Source: a virus
Taxonomy: Duplodnaviria; Caudoviricetes
IMG/VR virus record: IMGVR_UViG_3300032327_000087
Location: 1-36,698 of that record
Length of the DNA: 36,698 nt
Direction: 5' to 3' (one strand)
The position numbers were made by a program, and so were the translations under genes. Positions 34,061-36,698 of this stretch are shown here, in pieces (positions within the stretch are counted from its first letter, which is position 1; each line of letters begins with the position of its first letter). A model generated the notes under the pieces. That model did not search any database. It was given only the letters and a program-made list of their open reading frames with translations, and was not told the DNA's origin.

Positions 34061-35817
34061 TAAGCTACTGCCTGTGAGATACCTTGTTGATACAGGTTTG
34101 TGCCATCAGAGCGGAACGTGAAGTAGTCTTTGGCACCGGCGGCGGTAGACAACGTAGGTGCAACCCCTGCCGCCCACTTAAACACCGAGTTCCAAGTAAG
34201 CGTGTTGCTACCACCGTTTTGAATGACCGCTAACGCATAAAACGCACCGTTTTTTAGGTTAGTCGGTGCGCCAAAAGTGCGGTTGGTTGACACGAAAGTG
34301 AAAGTGGCAACCTGGTTGGTTGTATCCCACGCCACGGTGGCGGCATCAGTCAAGGCGGTGTTTGCCGCCCAACCAACTGTGACTTTAACTTCAGCGGGGG
34401 TTGTTGTGCCGATCGGAGGCGGTGACACCAAACTTAGTGTGCCGCCAAGGGTCAAGCTGCCCGACGATGTAACCGTACCTGTCAAAGTCAAACCGTTGAC
34501 CGTACCTGTACCGGCAACAGAAGTGACTGTACCTGTTGTTGGTGTTGTCCAAGTAGGCGGTGCAGCAGACCCACCAGACGTCAACACTTGCCCTGACGTG
34601 CCAAAACCGGTTGTGCCGGATAGGGCAGGGGTTGTGCCAAGGTTGGTGGTTAAACCAATAGCGCCCGAGGCGTTAATAACGTGCGAAGATTGACCTGTAG
34701 TGCCGTACGTTAAGTATGTTTTAAACCCGTTACCTGAACCAACCGACACGTCGCCGTCGTGACCTGAATAATAAATGCCATTGTTAATTGAATAAAAATC
34801 AATAGGAGTTGAAGCACTAAACGTCGAGGAATTCATACCAAATTCGCCGTAATACGTTGAGTCAGTGCCTAAATTGTTAGAGGTAACGTAATTTGTTGAT
34901 GCGCCCGCGCTATTGCTTTGGTTTTGGATAATCAACTGGTTGTACGAACTAGCAGTTGTTGTGCCAAAAGATGCAATCGTATTTGTAGCATTAAAACTTA
35001 ATACTGGCGTGGTGCTAGTAACCGTGTTTCCGCTAATCGTTGTGAAATCACCCGTTGAGCGAGTTGTTGCACCAATTGACGTACCGTTGATTGTGCCGCC
35101 GGTAATGGTTACCGCGCTTGCGGCTTGCGTAGCAATTGTGCCAAGACCAAGCGCTGTGCGAGCAGCCGCAGCCGTTGTAGCACCCGTACCGCCGTTAGCC
35201 AATGCCAATGTACCCGCCAAGGTAATTGTGCCTGTACCTGTGACCGGCCCACCTGAAGTCGTTAGACCTGTCGAGCCACCCGACACATCAATGCTGGTGA
35301 CCGTACCGGTACCCGCCACAGTAACCCAAGAAGGAAGACCAGCGGTAAGTGTTAAAACTTGTCCGTTTGTGCCGCTAGGCAATAACGCAGTTGCGCCAAC
35401 ACCAGTTTGATAAGGAATTGAGCCCGACAACCCACCCGCAATGTTAGTGGCGGTTGTGGCATTCGTAGCATTTGTTGCGTTTGTGGCGTTGGTAACGAAA
35501 GTTGACCCAATAACCGATACAACTTGTGCCGCAGTAGCCGCTGTCATGGCAGATGTGCCGTTGCCAAAAACCAACCCTGAAAGCGTTGTAGCACCAGTAC
35601 CGCCGTAAGCCACGCCAATGCGTGTACCGTTCCAGGCACCGGCAAGCACCGCACCGGTAAGCGTCAGGTTGCGAAAGGTTGCATCACCCGAGGCGTCTTT
35701 GACTGATAACGTACCGTCAACAGCCGGTACGACAAGCGTAAAGTTACCGACTGCATCAGCAGAAGATAAAGTAGTTGTGCCGCCTAATGTATCGGCATCA
35801 AAAATTAAGCGGCTCAT
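34060..35817 (-). CDS. Tail fiber protein
   Basis: Gly/Thr-rich; repeated GGTGATT, GQVLT, GTVTS and TNA repeats; C-terminal WAAGVAPTLST...DYFTFRSDG domain. Confidence 0.8.
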   Translation of the reverse strand: MSRLIFDADTLGGTTTLSSADAVGNFTLVVPAVDGTLSVKDASGDATFRNLTLTGAVLAGAWNGTRIGVAYGGTGATTLSGLVFGNGTSAMTAATAAQVVSVIGSTFVTNATNATNATNATTATNIAGGLSGSIPYQTGVGATALLPSGTNGQVLTLTAGLPSWVTVAGTGTVTSIDVSGGSTGLTTSGGPVTGTGTITLAGTLALANGGTGATTAAAARTALGLGTIATQAASAVTITGGTINGTSIGATTRSTGDFTTISGNTVTSTTPVLSFNATNTIASFGTTTASSYNQLIIQNQSNSAGASTNYVTSNNLGTDSTYYGEFGMNSSTFSASTPIDFYSINNGIYYSGHDGDVSVGSGNGFKTYLTYGTTGQSSHVINASGAIGLTTNLGTTPALSGTTGFGTSGQVLTSGGSAAPPTWTTPTTGTVTSVAGTGTVNGLTLTGTVTSSGSLTLGGTLSLVSPPPIGTTTPAEVKVTVGWAANTALTDAATVAWDTTNQVATFTFVSTNRTFGAPTNLKNGAFYALAVIQNGGSNTLTWNSVFKWAAGVAPTLSTAAGAKDYFTFRSDGTNLYQQGISQAVA

Positions 35818-35826
35818 GGCAACCCT

Positions 35827-36093
35827 TTATTCGTAAACAACAGTTGCAGCGACCGTACCGCTAATTACTACGTTTAGCCCTTGATTAAAAAAGCTACCGT
35901 CGTAATTGCCCATTGGGTAATATGTTGCGCCGACGGGTGTAAAAGCGCCGACCATTGTGGTGGCGGTGCCTGTTTGCACGTCATAAATGGTGATTGTAGG
36001 CGTACTAGAGGCAGAACTTACAAAGATGCCCTTTAGCTTGCCAGCGCCGACTTTAATCTGTTTAGACGCCGTGATGTAGGTGTAATTTGCCAT
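35827..36093 (-). CDS. Small beta-rich hypothetical protein, probably virion-associated (88 aa)
   Basis: In the late operon; ITIYD...FNQGLNVVISG. Confidence 0.7.
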   Translation of the reverse strand: MANYTYITASKQIKVGAGKLKGIFVSSASSTPTITIYDVQTGTATTMVGAFTPVGATYYPMGNYDGSFFNQGLNVVISGTVAATVVYE

Positions 36094-36101
36094 GATATGC
36101 C

Positions 36102-36464
36102 TTACGAAAGAAATTTGAGTCGATAAAGGGTTGAGAGATAAAGTTCAATAATCCCGTCGATTAAATTTTGTAACGGTGAATCGTCTTTGTCGCAAATTTC
36201 GTAACGACATTTTTCAATCTCATTTAATTGGTCTTCCAAAAACTCGGTTACGTTGCTAGTCTTTTTAGAAGATTGCAAAGTGACGGGGCCAATCAACCCG
36301 TGGCGCCCTTGATAGGCTTCCGCAAACGAATCAGCCAAGTCAATGATGTTTTCATAAAACTTTTGCAACGCTTTGTGTTTAGAGTAGCTGCGAGTGTTCA
36401 GGTGTACGCTATGCACCACGTCACGCGCTAAAAAAAACATACCTATAAAATCGCAGCATTTCAT
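36102..36464 (-). CDS. Ferritin/Dps-like four-helix protein (possibly DUF5856-like)
   Basis: HSVHLN...SKHKALQKFY...LADSFAEAYQG resembles the Dps H...H...D..AE ferroxidase spacing; ATGA-coupled to the portal. Confidence 0.65.
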   Translation of the reverse strand: MKCCDFIGMFFLARDVVHSVHLNTRSYSKHKALQKFYENIIDLADSFAEAYQGRHGLIGPVTLQSSKKTSNVTEFLEDQLNEIEKCRYEICDKDDSPLQNLIDGIIELYLSTLYRLKFLS

Positions 36465-36698
36465 TGTGGTTGCTCCATTGGGGGCGGTTGCATCTGCTCG
36501 GGTGGCATCATGCCTTGCTCGGGTGGTGGCTGCATACCTTGGTCAAGATGTTGTTGGGCTTGCTCAGGCATTTGGAATGGCTCACGTTGAGGCGACCCGC
36601 CAATTAGATCACCCGCATCCAAAGCTGCTGCAACCGTACCATGCACAATGTCTTGAATTTGTTCAAAAGTCATGCCCGCCTGTACCGCTGAAATACGT
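36461..36698 (-). CDS. Portal protein C-terminal part with Q/P/M-rich tail
   Basis: Position 36673 equals position 98 through the repeat, the same frame as ATG 2066; ends MQPPPEQGMMPPEQMQPPPMEQPQ. Confidence 0.85.
   Translation of the reverse strand, partial: RISAVQAGMTFEQIQDIVHGTVAAALDAGDLIGGSPQREPFQMPEQAQQHLDQGMQPPPEQGMMPPEQMQPPPMEQPQ
36576..36698. repeat. Terminal direct repeat, right copy
   Basis: Exact 123-bp match to 1-123. Confidence 0.95.

Noticed and set aside
32447-35817. Diversity-generating retroelement or invertible tail-fiber cassette
   Set aside because: No reverse transcriptase or recombinase gene was found, and I noticed no template/variable repeat pair.
1-36698. Alternative genetic code or stop-codon reassignment
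   Set aside because: All core genes are full length in the standard code, and TAA, TAG and TGA all serve as stops.

Overview
The window appears to be one complete, circularly permuted dsDNA tailed-phage genome. Bases 1-123 are identical to 36576-36698, so the unit length is about 36,575 bp and the portal gene is split across the join. The virion module is P22-like (podovirus-type): small and large terminase, portal, scaffold, coat, gp4- and gp10-like tail hub proteins, three ejection proteins and two fiber/adhesin pairs. Replication genes are a family A DNA polymerase, a primase-SF3 helicase, an SSB-like protein, a DUF2800 nuclease, VRR-NUC, a SNF2-like helicase and an HNH endonuclease. Lysis uses an M15 peptidase, embedded spanins and holin-like genes, which implies a Gram-negative host. 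I found no integrase, clear repressor, tRNA or CRISPR array. The most unusual elements are: a ~100-nt nested-stem pseudoknot directly upstream of polA; a control region (5460-6130) with two distinct repeat families; a possible cargo gene between the terminase subunits; four Lys-rich microproteins, GroES and a Dps-like gene around the portal; and an early operon with a radical-SAM-like protein and two tiny hydrophobic peptides. All product calls come from reading motifs and synteny by eye; no database searches were run.
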